This document shows positions 36,296 through 44,226 of a DNA stretch of 64,000 nucleotides, piece after piece. The stretch spans positions 1,742-65,741 of the forward strand of contig JASJAN010000018.1 of the NCBI GenBank assembly GCA_030066985.1. Direction: 5' to 3'. Both the position numbers and the translations under genes were made by a program. Source of the stretch: Desulfobacterales bacterium. GTDB lineage: Bacteria; Desulfobacterota; Desulfobacteria; Desulfobacterales; JAHEIW01. Positions within the stretch are counted from its first letter, which is position 1. Each line of letters begins with the position of its first letter. A model generated the notes under the pieces. The model worked only from the letters and a program-made list of their open reading frames with translations. It did no database searches and had not been told where the DNA came from.

Positions 36296-36370
36296 TGCTG
36301 CTGGCTGCTCGCTTCTTGCAACTGGCTATTCTTTTGAGCCAGAGACCAGTCGCCAGAAGCCAGGAGCAGG
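36296..36370. repeat. Intergenic element of the GCTGCTGGC...CCAGAAGCCAG family (copy 2)
   Basis: GCTGCTGGCTGCTCGCTTCTTGCAACTGGC followed by GCCAGAAGCCAGGAGCAGG. It starts 8 nt after a stop codon, and copy 1 also begins just after a stop codon. Confidence 0.6.
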
Positions 36371-36389
36371 CTGGTGCTAGCCCGCCTTT

Positions 36390-36560
36390 TTACCAGTTGT
36401 ATGAAGCGACAACCAGGATAACCAGGTTCCCCTCCCCGATATTTAACAAACGATACGAAGATCCGGTTGGAATCCAGGTGGCATCCCCTGGCCCAACCTG
36501 ACGCGTTTCATCATCCACACTCATTTCACCTGAGCCCTGTAACACTTTCAATAATTTAGC
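36390..36560 (-). pseudogene. Cupin-domain C-terminal remnant
   Basis: The reverse frame reads FCQAKLLKVLQGSGEMSVDDETRQVGPGDATWIPTGSSYRLLNIGEGNLVILVVASYNW*, resembling cupin motif 2 and the last strands. It is bounded upstream by TAG. Only a 44-codon ATG ORF is present (36524-36390). Confidence 0.35.
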
Positions 36561-36595
36561 TTGACAGAAACTACAATGTAGCTTTAATGTAGCTA
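36561..36595 (+). promoter_or_regulatory. Candidate promoter P1 (TTGACA-N18-TAATGT) with palindrome CTACAATGTAG and 14-mer AGCTTTAATGTAGC
   Basis: -35 at 36561-36566. The palindrome at 36571-36581 lies in the spacer. -10 at 36585-36590. The 14-mer is at 36580-36593. Confidence 0.5.
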
Positions 36596-36635
36596 ATACC
36601 AGGATTCAACGCAAAAAGGAAATTGGCTCAATTAA

Positions 36636-36664
36636 TTGACACAAATTTAAAATGTAGCTAAAAA
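36636..36664 (+). promoter_or_regulatory. Candidate promoter P2 (TTGACA-N17-TAAAAA) with half-site AAAATGTAGCTA
   Basis: -35 at 36636-36641. The half-site at 36649-36660 lies in the spacer. -10-like hexamer at 36659-36664. Confidence 0.4.
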
Positions 36665-36729
36665 ATTAACTGAATTGAACGCGCCAATAGGGGCTTTCAA
36701 ATTCAAATAAATTCATAAAGGATGTTGCC

Positions 36730-38601
36730 ATGCACAAATTACTTACCGAAAATCCAGGTCAAAAAATGCTGCTGCTGGGCAATGAAGCCATTGCCAGAGG
36801 CGCGATCGAAGCCGGCGTTGCGGTTGCCAGTACCTATCCGGGCACCCCCTCTTCTGAAATTTCTTTGAATTTTTTCCAGATGTCCCATGAAAGTGATCTG
36901 TACTTTGAATACAGTACCAATGAAAAGGTGGCCATGGAAGTGGCGGCCGCCGCGGCAAACTCCGGCGTGCGCAGCATGTGTGTCATGAAGCATGTAGGCG
37001 TTAATGTCGCCGCAGACGCCTTGATGACGCTGGCCTATGTAGGGGTTAAGGGCGGCATGGTCGTGCTGACTGCCGATGATCCCTACATGTTTTCCAGTCA
37101 AAATGAGCAGGACAATCGCTTTTATGCCAAATTGTCTGGTCTGCCGCTAGTGGAACCCTCCAGCGTGGAAGAAGCCAAAGAGATGATGGCCTATGCTTTT
37201 GACATATCTGAAAAACTGCAGGAACCGGTTTTGTTTCGCACCACCACCCGTATCAATCACTCCTCCGCCATTGTCACTTTAGGAGACATTAAAGCACCGC
37301 AGACAAAAGGCGATTTTGTCAAAGACCCCTTCAATCTGGTCACGGTGCCGGCTGTTTCCAGGAAGCTGCATGTCAAACTCCTGGAAAACATCGAAAAGGC
37401 CAAAGAACTCACGGAAGCCTCACCGTACAATTTGATCGAAGGTGACGGCAACTGGGGCATCATTTGCAACGGCGTCAGCTACAACTACGCCTCAGACGCC
37501 ATCAATGAGCTCGATATTGCGGATAAGATCAAATTGCTGCGCGTGGGCTTTTCTTACCCCATGCCTGAAAAAATAATTAAAACCTTTTTAAATGCTTGTG
37601 AGAAAGTGCTGGTTATTGAAGAAGGTGAACCCTATATGGAGGAGCAGGTCAAAGCCTTTGCCCAGGAAGAAGGACTCACCCTGTCAATTCGCGGAAAAGC
37701 CAAAGATCTGTTTACACGACTTTATGAATACGATCCGGCACAGGTTAGAGAAAATATCGCCAAGTTTTTCGACATCCCCTATACCCCGGTCGCTAAGCCT
37801 GACATTTCCGACGTCCCCGAAATGCCCCAGCGCCCACCGACTCTGTGCGCCGGTTGTTCTCATCGCGCCACTTATTATGCGGTTAAAAAAGCGGCCGAAG
37901 GCCTGGGCACCATTTATCCAACAGACATCGGGTGTTATACCCTTGGTGTACTCCCGCCGCTATCAACAGCGGATTTTCTATTGTGTATGGGATCATCGGT
38001 CGGCACGGGATGCGGCTTTTCAGCTTCTACGGATAAGAAAGTCATTTCCTTTATCGGTGATTCTACTTTTTTCCACTCCGGCATCCCCGGTCTGATCAAC
38101 GCCGTATTTAACAACCATAACTTTACACTGGTCGTGTTAGACAACAGCACCACGGCGATGACCGGCCATCAGCCCCATCCGGGTGTTAACATGAAGGATT
38201 TTAACCTGACAGGCTATGGTCGGGTGTCGATTGAAGACGTTGTCCGTGCCATCGGTGTACCCCATGTAGAGGTCATCAAACCGTATCGGGTCAACAAGAG
38301 CATAGCGGCCATCAAGGAGGCTATTGATTACGAGGGCGTATCCGTCATCATATCCAAAGAAGCCTGTACCCTTTATGCCCAGAGTCTTAAAAAAGCCCGA
38401 GGCAAGCCCTTTTATATTAATGAAAAATGTAAGGATCACCGTGATTGTGTCAATGAGTTGGCCTGTCCGGCATTTTATATTGAAGGCGAAAGAGTTCACA
38501 TCAATGCAGATCTATGTTCAGGCTGTGCTGTGTGTGCCCAGATATGTCCGGAAAAAGCCATTGTTCCGGTGCGGTCAAAGGAAAATGTTAAACCTTCATG
38601 A
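36730..38601 (+). CDS. iorA: Indolepyruvate:ferredoxin oxidoreductase alpha subunit
   Basis: 623 aa. TPP-enzyme N-domain GNEAIARGAIEAGV..TYPGTPSSE. C-terminal 2x[4Fe-4S] motifs CPAFY and CSGCAVCAQICP. Confidence 0.88.
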   Translation: MHKLLTENPGQKMLLLGNEAIARGAIEAGVAVASTYPGTPSSEISLNFFQMSHESDLYFEYSTNEKVAMEVAAAAANSGVRSMCVMKHVGVNVAADALMTLAYVGVKGGMVVLTADDPYMFSSQNEQDNRFYAKLSGLPLVEPSSVEEAKEMMAYAFDISEKLQEPVLFRTTTRINHSSAIVTLGDIKAPQTKGDFVKDPFNLVTVPAVSRKLHVKLLENIEKAKELTEASPYNLIEGDGNWGIICNGVSYNYASDAINELDIADKIKLLRVGFSYPMPEKIIKTFLNACEKVLVIEEGEPYMEEQVKAFAQEEGLTLSIRGKAKDLFTRLYEYDPAQVRENIAKFFDIPYTPVAKPDISDVPEMPQRPPTLCAGCSHRATYYAVKKAAEGLGTIYPTDIGCYTLGVLPPLSTADFLLCMGSSVGTGCGFSASTDKKVISFIGDSTFFHSGIPGLINAVFNNHNFTLVVLDNSTTAMTGHQPHPGVNMKDFNLTGYGRVSIEDVVRAIGVPHVEVIKPYRVNKSIAAIKEAIDYEGVSVIISKEACTLYAQSLKKARGKPFYINEKCKDHRDCVNELACPAFYIEGERVHINADLCSGCAVCAQICPEKAIVPVRSKENVKPS

Positions 38602-38710
38602 TGACAAAGGCATCACGAAGCATGGCGTAATGGCGCATTGAATAAACCAGAGTTGATCTTGAACTCATACATGTAAACTTGACTATACTAAAACTGATAG
38701 GAACGAACTT

Positions 38711-39307
38711 ATGGAGACAACAAGGCTAATCATCGTAGCTGTCGGCGGCCAGGGCAACCTGCTGGCATCCAAAGTGCTCGGAGAGGCGGCGCTGCTGGCA
38801 GATGTTCCCGTACGCATGAGTGAAATCCACGGCATGGCTCAAAGGGGTGGTGTCGTAGAATCTGCAGTGGTTTTTGGAGATGCGGAAAGCACAATTATTT
38901 CGGATGGCGAAGCGGATGTGTTGTTGGGATTTGAACCCTCGGAAACGCTGCGCGCGATAAACAAATGCAATGCCAAAACAATCGTCATTACCAATACGGC
39001 ACCGCTGCCGCCGTTTACTGTGTCCATCGGCCAAGGCACCTATCCCGATTTGGCTGAACTTCAGGAATTAATTCGCCAGAAAACGGCCCGTTTGGTAGCT
39101 TTTGATGCCCTATCTCTGGCTAAAGAGGCCGGCAATTTCATGTCTTTGAACATGGTTTTGCTGGGTTCATTGATTCAAACAGGAATTATGCCGGTTTCCG
39201 CGGACAATGTTAGGGAAGCCATTCGAACATCCACGAAAAAGGCATTCGTCGATATTAATATCAAGGCTTTTGAGCTTGGCTTTGAGGCCGCCGCAAAGGC
39301 CGGTTGA
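38711..39307 (+). CDS. iorB: Indolepyruvate:ferredoxin oxidoreductase beta subunit
   Basis: 198 aa. IIVAVGGQGNLLASKVLGEAA is typical of the gamma-type domain of 2-oxoacid:ferredoxin oxidoreductases. Confidence 0.85.
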   Translation: METTRLIIVAVGGQGNLLASKVLGEAALLADVPVRMSEIHGMAQRGGVVESAVVFGDAESTIISDGEADVLLGFEPSETLRAINKCNAKTIVITNTAPLPPFTVSIGQGTYPDLAELQELIRQKTARLVAFDALSLAKEAGNFMSLNMVLLGSLIQTGIMPVSADNVREAIRTSTKKAFVDINIKAFELGFEAAAKAG

Positions 39308-39455
39308 TTTGACGGCGAAAACGTTTCAATCACCATTTTGACGGTAAAGCGGGCATCAGGCTGCAATGGATTATGCAGCGGTCTGTCAATTTTTCAAAAA
39401 AAAATATAGTCGATGGCCATTATAACAATTTCGTTATCCAAAAAGGAGGAAGATC

Positions 39456-40763
39456 ATGCCTTGGAACGACAAGTATGAATGCATGCCGGTGGAAGAGCTT
39501 AAAAAATTTCAGTTGGAAAAACTGAAAGAAACCGTTGCATGGGTCGCCGAGAAAGTGCCGTTCTATAAAAATAAATTCGAGGAAATGGGTGTCGCCGCCG
39601 ACGACATCAAAAGCCTTGAAGATGTTGCCAAACTTCCGTTCACCGTCAAAACAGATCTCAGAGACAATTACCCCTTTGGTTTGTGCGCCGTACCCCTGGA
39701 AAAGGTCGTCAGAGTCCACGCGTCTTCAGGAACCACCGGCAAACCCATTACCGGGCCATACACACAGGAAGATTTGGATCAGTGGATCGAATGTATGTGC
39801 CGCAACCTCCATGCCGCAGGCCTCCGCAAGGAAGATGTGGTTCAAAATGCTTACGGCCACGGTCTATTTACCGGCGGCCTCGGCTTTCACCAAGGCGCTA
39901 CTGCCCTGGGTTGTACGGTTGTGCCCACCGGCGCCGGGATGACCGAACGACAGATTACCATCATGCAGGATTTTAAATCCGATATTCTGTTTGCCACGCC
40001 CTCTTATGCGCTGACAATTGCCGAGCGAGCCGAAGAAATGAAAGTCGACATTCGAAAGCTGCCATTGCGGGTCGGGGTCTTCGGTGCCGAGCCTTGGACA
40101 GAAGGCATGCGGCAGGAGATCGAAGAACGGATGGGCATCAAAGCCCAAGAGGCATTCGGATTAACCGAGCTCTGCGGGCCCGGAGTGGCTTATGACGCTG
40201 CAGATCAAAACGGCCTTTATATCAATGAAGATCATTTTCTGCCTGAAATCGTCGATCCGCAAACTCTGGAACCTTTGCAGGAAGGTGAAAAAGGCGAGCT
40301 CATTTTTACCTCTTTGCAGCGCCGCGCGATGCCGATGATTCGCTATCGTACCAAAGATATTACACGATTGTGGCGAGAACCCGGCCACGAAGGCCGGACC
40401 TTTATCCGTATGGACAAAATTTATGGGCGCTCGGACGACATGCTGATTATCAGCGGTGTGAACGTCTTTCCATCTCAAATTGAAGCACTTCTGCTGGAAA
40501 TCGAAGAAGTTGAGCCTCAATACCAGCTGGTTGTGAGCAAAAAAGGGTATCTGGACCATCTGAGCATTCGCGTGGAAGGCAAAAAAGAAATATATGAGGC
40601 CGGTGAAGACCGTAGGCATGAAGTCGAAGGCAAAATCGCAGGTCATATCAAAGGCAATATGGGGATTAACATTAATGTCGAACTGGTCGATGCCAAAGCC
40701 ATTGCCCGCAGTGAAGGCAAAGCCGTGCGGGTTATAGACGAACGCCCCAAACAGGAGATGTAA
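39456..40763 (+). CDS. paaK: Phenylacetate-CoA ligase family (PaaK-like)
   Basis: 435 aa. LPFTVKTDLRDNYPFG, SSGTTGKP and an ACT-like C-terminal domain. SD AAGGAGGAAG upstream. Confidence 0.85.
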   Translation: MPWNDKYECMPVEELKKFQLEKLKETVAWVAEKVPFYKNKFEEMGVAADDIKSLEDVAKLPFTVKTDLRDNYPFGLCAVPLEKVVRVHASSGTTGKPITGPYTQEDLDQWIECMCRNLHAAGLRKEDVVQNAYGHGLFTGGLGFHQGATALGCTVVPTGAGMTERQITIMQDFKSDILFATPSYALTIAERAEEMKVDIRKLPLRVGVFGAEPWTEGMRQEIEERMGIKAQEAFGLTELCGPGVAYDAADQNGLYINEDHFLPEIVDPQTLEPLQEGEKGELIFTSLQRRAMPMIRYRTKDITRLWREPGHEGRTFIRMDKIYGRSDDMLIISGVNVFPSQIEALLLEIEEVEPQYQLVVSKKGYLDHLSIRVEGKKEIYEAGEDRRHEVEGKIAGHIKGNMGININVELVDAKAIARSEGKAVRVIDERPKQEM

Positions 40764-40765
40764 AA

Positions 40766-41710
40766 ATGAGTGCTGCGTCCAATTTTAATCCGCAATCGTT
40801 TGCGGTGGTTGGCGCCGGGCCAGTCGGTTGCATCGCCGCCTGCTTTTTGGCCAAAGGCGGTTATGAGGTTACGCTTTGCGATGTCATTCCGGACTTGCTG
40901 GCACCGGCGTTGGATCCGGGAATTATTCTTGAAGGCGCCGAAAACATCCAACATAAAGTTACTCGTACCTGCACCAGTGTTGATGAAATAGCCAACCACA
41001 ATCCAGATGTGATTTTCATCACTGTCAAAGCCAATGCGCTGCCGCTGATTGCTTCAGCCATTGAAGGCTTTCACAAAGAAGGCCTGGCAATTGTCAGCTG
41101 GCAAAACGGTATTGATACTGAACTGGAACTGGCGAAAACACTCGGAAAGACGGATGTGATGCGTGCCGTTGTCAATTACGGATGCGGCCTGGCGGGTCCA
41201 GGGCACGTTAAAATACCCTTTCACCACCCGCCGCACTACATCCAGGAACTGGATCCGCAATCTCGTGATTCAGCCATTGCCATTGCCGCTGCGCTCAGCA
41301 AATGCGGTCTGGAAACCGAGCATACCGACAACATTATCTCAATGGTCTGGCGCAAGAGCGTTATGAATGCCTGCATGAATCCAGTGTGTGCCGTCACCGG
41401 GCTGACCATGTCACGCGCCATGAATGATCCTATCGTCTATCAGATTGTCGATGCCCTGGTAAAAGAATGCATTCAGGTTGCCCGCGCCAATGAAATTGAT
41501 CTGGGATGGGATTTTTATCCCCATGCCATGGAGTACATGCGAAATGCCGGTGATCACAAACCGTCGATGCTAATGGATATCGAAGCAGGCCGGCGCACCG
41601 AAATTGACTTTATTAACGGCAAGTTCGTAGAATATGGTGCCCGCACAGCAACCCAGACGCCGTACAATCATACGCTCAGCGCCCTGGTAAAAGGATTAGA
41701 GTCAAAATAG
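40766..41710 (+). CDS. Ketopantoate reductase (PanE/ApbA) family 2-oxoacid reductase
   Basis: 314 aa. N-terminal Rossmann FAVVGAGPVGC. C-terminal KPR domain with KPSMLMDIEAGRRTEIDFING. Confidence 0.75.
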   Translation: MSAASNFNPQSFAVVGAGPVGCIAACFLAKGGYEVTLCDVIPDLLAPALDPGIILEGAENIQHKVTRTCTSVDEIANHNPDVIFITVKANALPLIASAIEGFHKEGLAIVSWQNGIDTELELAKTLGKTDVMRAVVNYGCGLAGPGHVKIPFHHPPHYIQELDPQSRDSAIAIAAALSKCGLETEHTDNIISMVWRKSVMNACMNPVCAVTGLTMSRAMNDPIVYQIVDALVKECIQVARANEIDLGWDFYPHAMEYMRNAGDHKPSMLMDIEAGRRTEIDFINGKFVEYGARTATQTPYNHTLSALVKGLESK

Positions 41711-41715
41711 CCCAT

Positions 41716-42492
41716 ATGGTCTCCAAAACAACTTATGCGGGTGTCGATGTGGGGGCATCGCGCACCAAAATAGCCCTCCTCGATAGCAATCAAAACTTGA
41801 TCGGTCATGCGGTTAAAAGATCCGGCACTGACTTTGCAGCCACCGCTGATACCTGTTTGGCAACGGCTTTAAAAATGTCCGGTACCCAAAAGAGCGACAT
41901 TAAATTTACCGTTTCTACCGGATATGGCCGCAAGAATGTCGTTTTCGCCCAGGATAGTAAAACGGAAATTGGCTGTCATGCCAAGGGGTGTTATTTGTAT
42001 TTTCCGTTTGCCACCACAATTATCGATATTGGCGGTCAGGACAACAAAGTCATTAAGCTGGACGCCGAGGGCAAGCGTACCAGCTTTAAAATGAATCGTA
42101 AATGTGCTGCCGGTACGGGCGCCTTTCTGGAGGAAATGGCGATGCGCTTGGATGTCACGCTGGATGATATGAACGAGCTCGCCAGTCAATCTGATAATAT
42201 GGTCAAACTGGGAAGCTTCTGCACAGTCTTTTCGGCCACCGAGGTGCTGGAAAATATCCGCCAGGGTAAAAAGCTGCCGGATATTGTCAAAGGTGTCTAT
42301 TATTCGATGATAAAACGCGTCTTGGAGATGGATGCCCTGACCGAAAAAGTGGTCATGACCGGTGGTGTGGTGGCACATAATGCCTTTATGGTCAAAATGA
42401 CCGAAGAAATGATCGGCCGCAAAATTCTTGTGCCGGAATACCCGCAGCTCACCGGCGCCATTGGCGCCGCGCTATATGCAATGCAGTCATAG
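41716..42492 (+). CDS. BcrAD/BadFG/HgdC-type ATPase (2-hydroxyacyl-CoA dehydratase activase)
   Basis: 258 aa. AGVDVGASRTK, DIGGQDNKVI and NRKCAAGTGAFLE (cluster-bridging Cys region). Confidence 0.85.
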   Translation: MVSKTTYAGVDVGASRTKIALLDSNQNLIGHAVKRSGTDFAATADTCLATALKMSGTQKSDIKFTVSTGYGRKNVVFAQDSKTEIGCHAKGCYLYFPFATTIIDIGGQDNKVIKLDAEGKRTSFKMNRKCAAGTGAFLEEMAMRLDVTLDDMNELASQSDNMVKLGSFCTVFSATEVLENIRQGKKLPDIVKGVYYSMIKRVLEMDALTEKVVMTGGVVAHNAFMVKMTEEMIGRKILVPEYPQLTGAIGAALYAMQS

Positions 42493-42599
42493 CTGTAGGC
42501 TTCTGGCTTTTCATCTTTTGACTTAGCCTGTTTGTTAGCTCTGAAACAGCGTTCAGAAGATAATCGATGCAGGACAAATTGACATATGAAGGTGTATTT

Positions 42600-43853
42600 A
42601 TGACCACTGATAAAAAAGAGGTAACGCGCGTTAAGCTAAAAACAACCAGCAAACTAAACCAGATCATGGCCGATTATTTTTATGAGCTGGATGCGGCTGC
42701 AAAAGCAAAAGAACCCAAAATTGCCTGGTGTACGAGTGTCGGACCGGCAGAAATCCTGCGTGCGATGGGGTTTCTGGTTTTTTTCCCCGAAAATCACGGT
42801 GCCATGCTCGGTGCCAGCCGCATGGCCACCGATTTATTGCCGATCGCGGATGCCCAAGGATATTCGCCGGATATCTGTTCGTATCTACGAGCCGATATTG
42901 GTGCCTACCTGAACAAGACGACGCCTATTGCAAAATCATATAAAGGCATTGAAGGCGTCCCCAAGCCGGATGTGCTCGCATTTAACACAAATCAATGTCG
43001 CGACGTGCAAGACTGGTTTACATGGTATGCCAAAGAACTTGATGTTCCCATAATCGGTATCCATACCCACCGTAGTGTTGGCAAAGTGACCCAAAACCAC
43101 ATTGATTCAATTGCCACGCAATTGAAGGATTTAATCAAGCCGCTAGAATATATTTCGGGCAATAAGTTTGATCTCGACAAACTTAAGCAAGTTGTCGCAT
43201 TGTCCAAGGAGTGTTCAATCCTGTGGAAAAAGGTTCTGAATACCGCTACAAATGTGCCCTCTCCGTTTACCTTCTTTGATGGAACCATCCATATGGCACC
43301 GGCAGTTGTCCTCAGAGGCACCCAGCAGGCCAATGATTACTATGAATTATTACTCAATGAATTAGAGGAGCGAGTTACAAACAATATCGCCGCGGTACCG
43401 CATGAACAGCACCGGATCTATTGGGATGGTATGCCGGTCTGGGGTCGACTGAGAGATCACTCCGAATTGTTTTCGGATTTGAAGGCCAATGTCCTGGCCT
43501 CCACATATTGCAATAGCTGGATTTTTTCATCCTTCGATCCCGATGATCCCTTTAACAGTATGGCACGTGCCTATACAGAATTGTTTATTGTGCGCTCGGA
43601 CGATTTTAAAGAAACCTACATTAAAGAAATGCTGAATGCGTTTAAAGTTGATGGCATTATCTATCATGATGCAAAGTGTTGCCCTAATAATTCCAACGCG
43701 AGTTACGGGATGCCGCAACGCCTTGAGCGGGAGACCGGTGTTCCCAGTTTAACGATCAACGCCGATCTTAATGATTTGCGGCTGATTTCAGATGAGCAGA
43801 CCAAAACGAATGTTGAGGCGTTTATTGAACAGCTTGAAGAAAACCAAACCTGA
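42600..43853 (+). CDS. 2-hydroxyacyl-CoA dehydratase family protein (HgdA/HgdB/BcrC-like), single subunit
   Basis: IAWCTSVGPAEILRAMGF..FFPENHGA and DICSYLRADIG. The start is set at ATG 42600 (SD GAAGGTG); the ORF opens at 42567. Confidence 0.8.
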   Translation: MTTDKKEVTRVKLKTTSKLNQIMADYFYELDAAAKAKEPKIAWCTSVGPAEILRAMGFLVFFPENHGAMLGASRMATDLLPIADAQGYSPDICSYLRADIGAYLNKTTPIAKSYKGIEGVPKPDVLAFNTNQCRDVQDWFTWYAKELDVPIIGIHTHRSVGKVTQNHIDSIATQLKDLIKPLEYISGNKFDLDKLKQVVALSKECSILWKKVLNTATNVPSPFTFFDGTIHMAPAVVLRGTQQANDYYELLLNELEERVTNNIAAVPHEQHRIYWDGMPVWGRLRDHSELFSDLKANVLASTYCNSWIFSSFDPDDPFNSMARAYTELFIVRSDDFKETYIKEMLNAFKVDGIIYHDAKCCPNNSNASYGMPQRLERETGVPSLTINADLNDLRLISDEQTKTNVEAFIEQLEENQT

Positions 43854-43949
43854 GTTGAGCGTAATAAATTTTAAAAGATTTAAAACAGAATAGCGGAATT
43901 CTTTCATCTTTATTTTAAAATTTATAACCCTGTGGGATTGCCGATCTTA

Positions 43950-44021
43950 CCGCATCTACTGTGTTAGATGCCGTTTCGCATAGAAAACTATAGCGAAACG
44001 ACTTCTGCCGTGTAGCTGCGG
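43950..44021. repeat. Composite long hairpin in the 373-nt spacer before the acyl-CoA ligase gene
   Basis: Inner stem CGTTTCGCATAG/CTATAGCGAAACG (43972-44000, one bulge, AAAA loop). Outer stem CCGCATCTAC (43950-43959) / GTAGCTGCGG (44012-44021, one mismatch). Confidence 0.6.
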
Positions 44022-44080
44022 CAACCTCGACAATCGCTTAACTCAGGTCCCAATTTTAAGCGTTATAAATTTACAAATTA

Positions 44081-44164
44081 GGTTAGCCGTTTTGCCGGTT
44101 GCCAGTTGAGCCCGTTAAAAAAGGAATGATGTCATTTGCTTTTCAACCGGCAAACGGGCTAACC
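44081..44164. repeat. 21-nt inverted repeat with an alternative inner pairing partner (possible leader RNA structure)
   Basis: GGTTAGCCGTTTTGCCGGTTG (44081-44101) faces CAACCGGCAAACGGGCTAACC (44144-44164). AGCCCGTT (44109-44116) can pair instead with AACGGGCT (44153-44160). Confidence 0.5.
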
Positions 44165-44226
44165 CACCGGAGGCGGACCAGCGGGTAACGGCGCAACTTT
44201 TTTTGCTGATATATGGAGGTGATAGC

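Noticed and set aside
36295-36501. 68-aa plus-strand ORF
   Set aside because: It is made of the GCTGCTGGC repeat element plus the antisense of the cupin remnant.
40161-42378. 161-aa and 169-aa minus-strand ORFs (40161-40646 and 41869-42378)
   Set aside because: They are antisense to paaK and the activase gene, and their sequences are low in information content.
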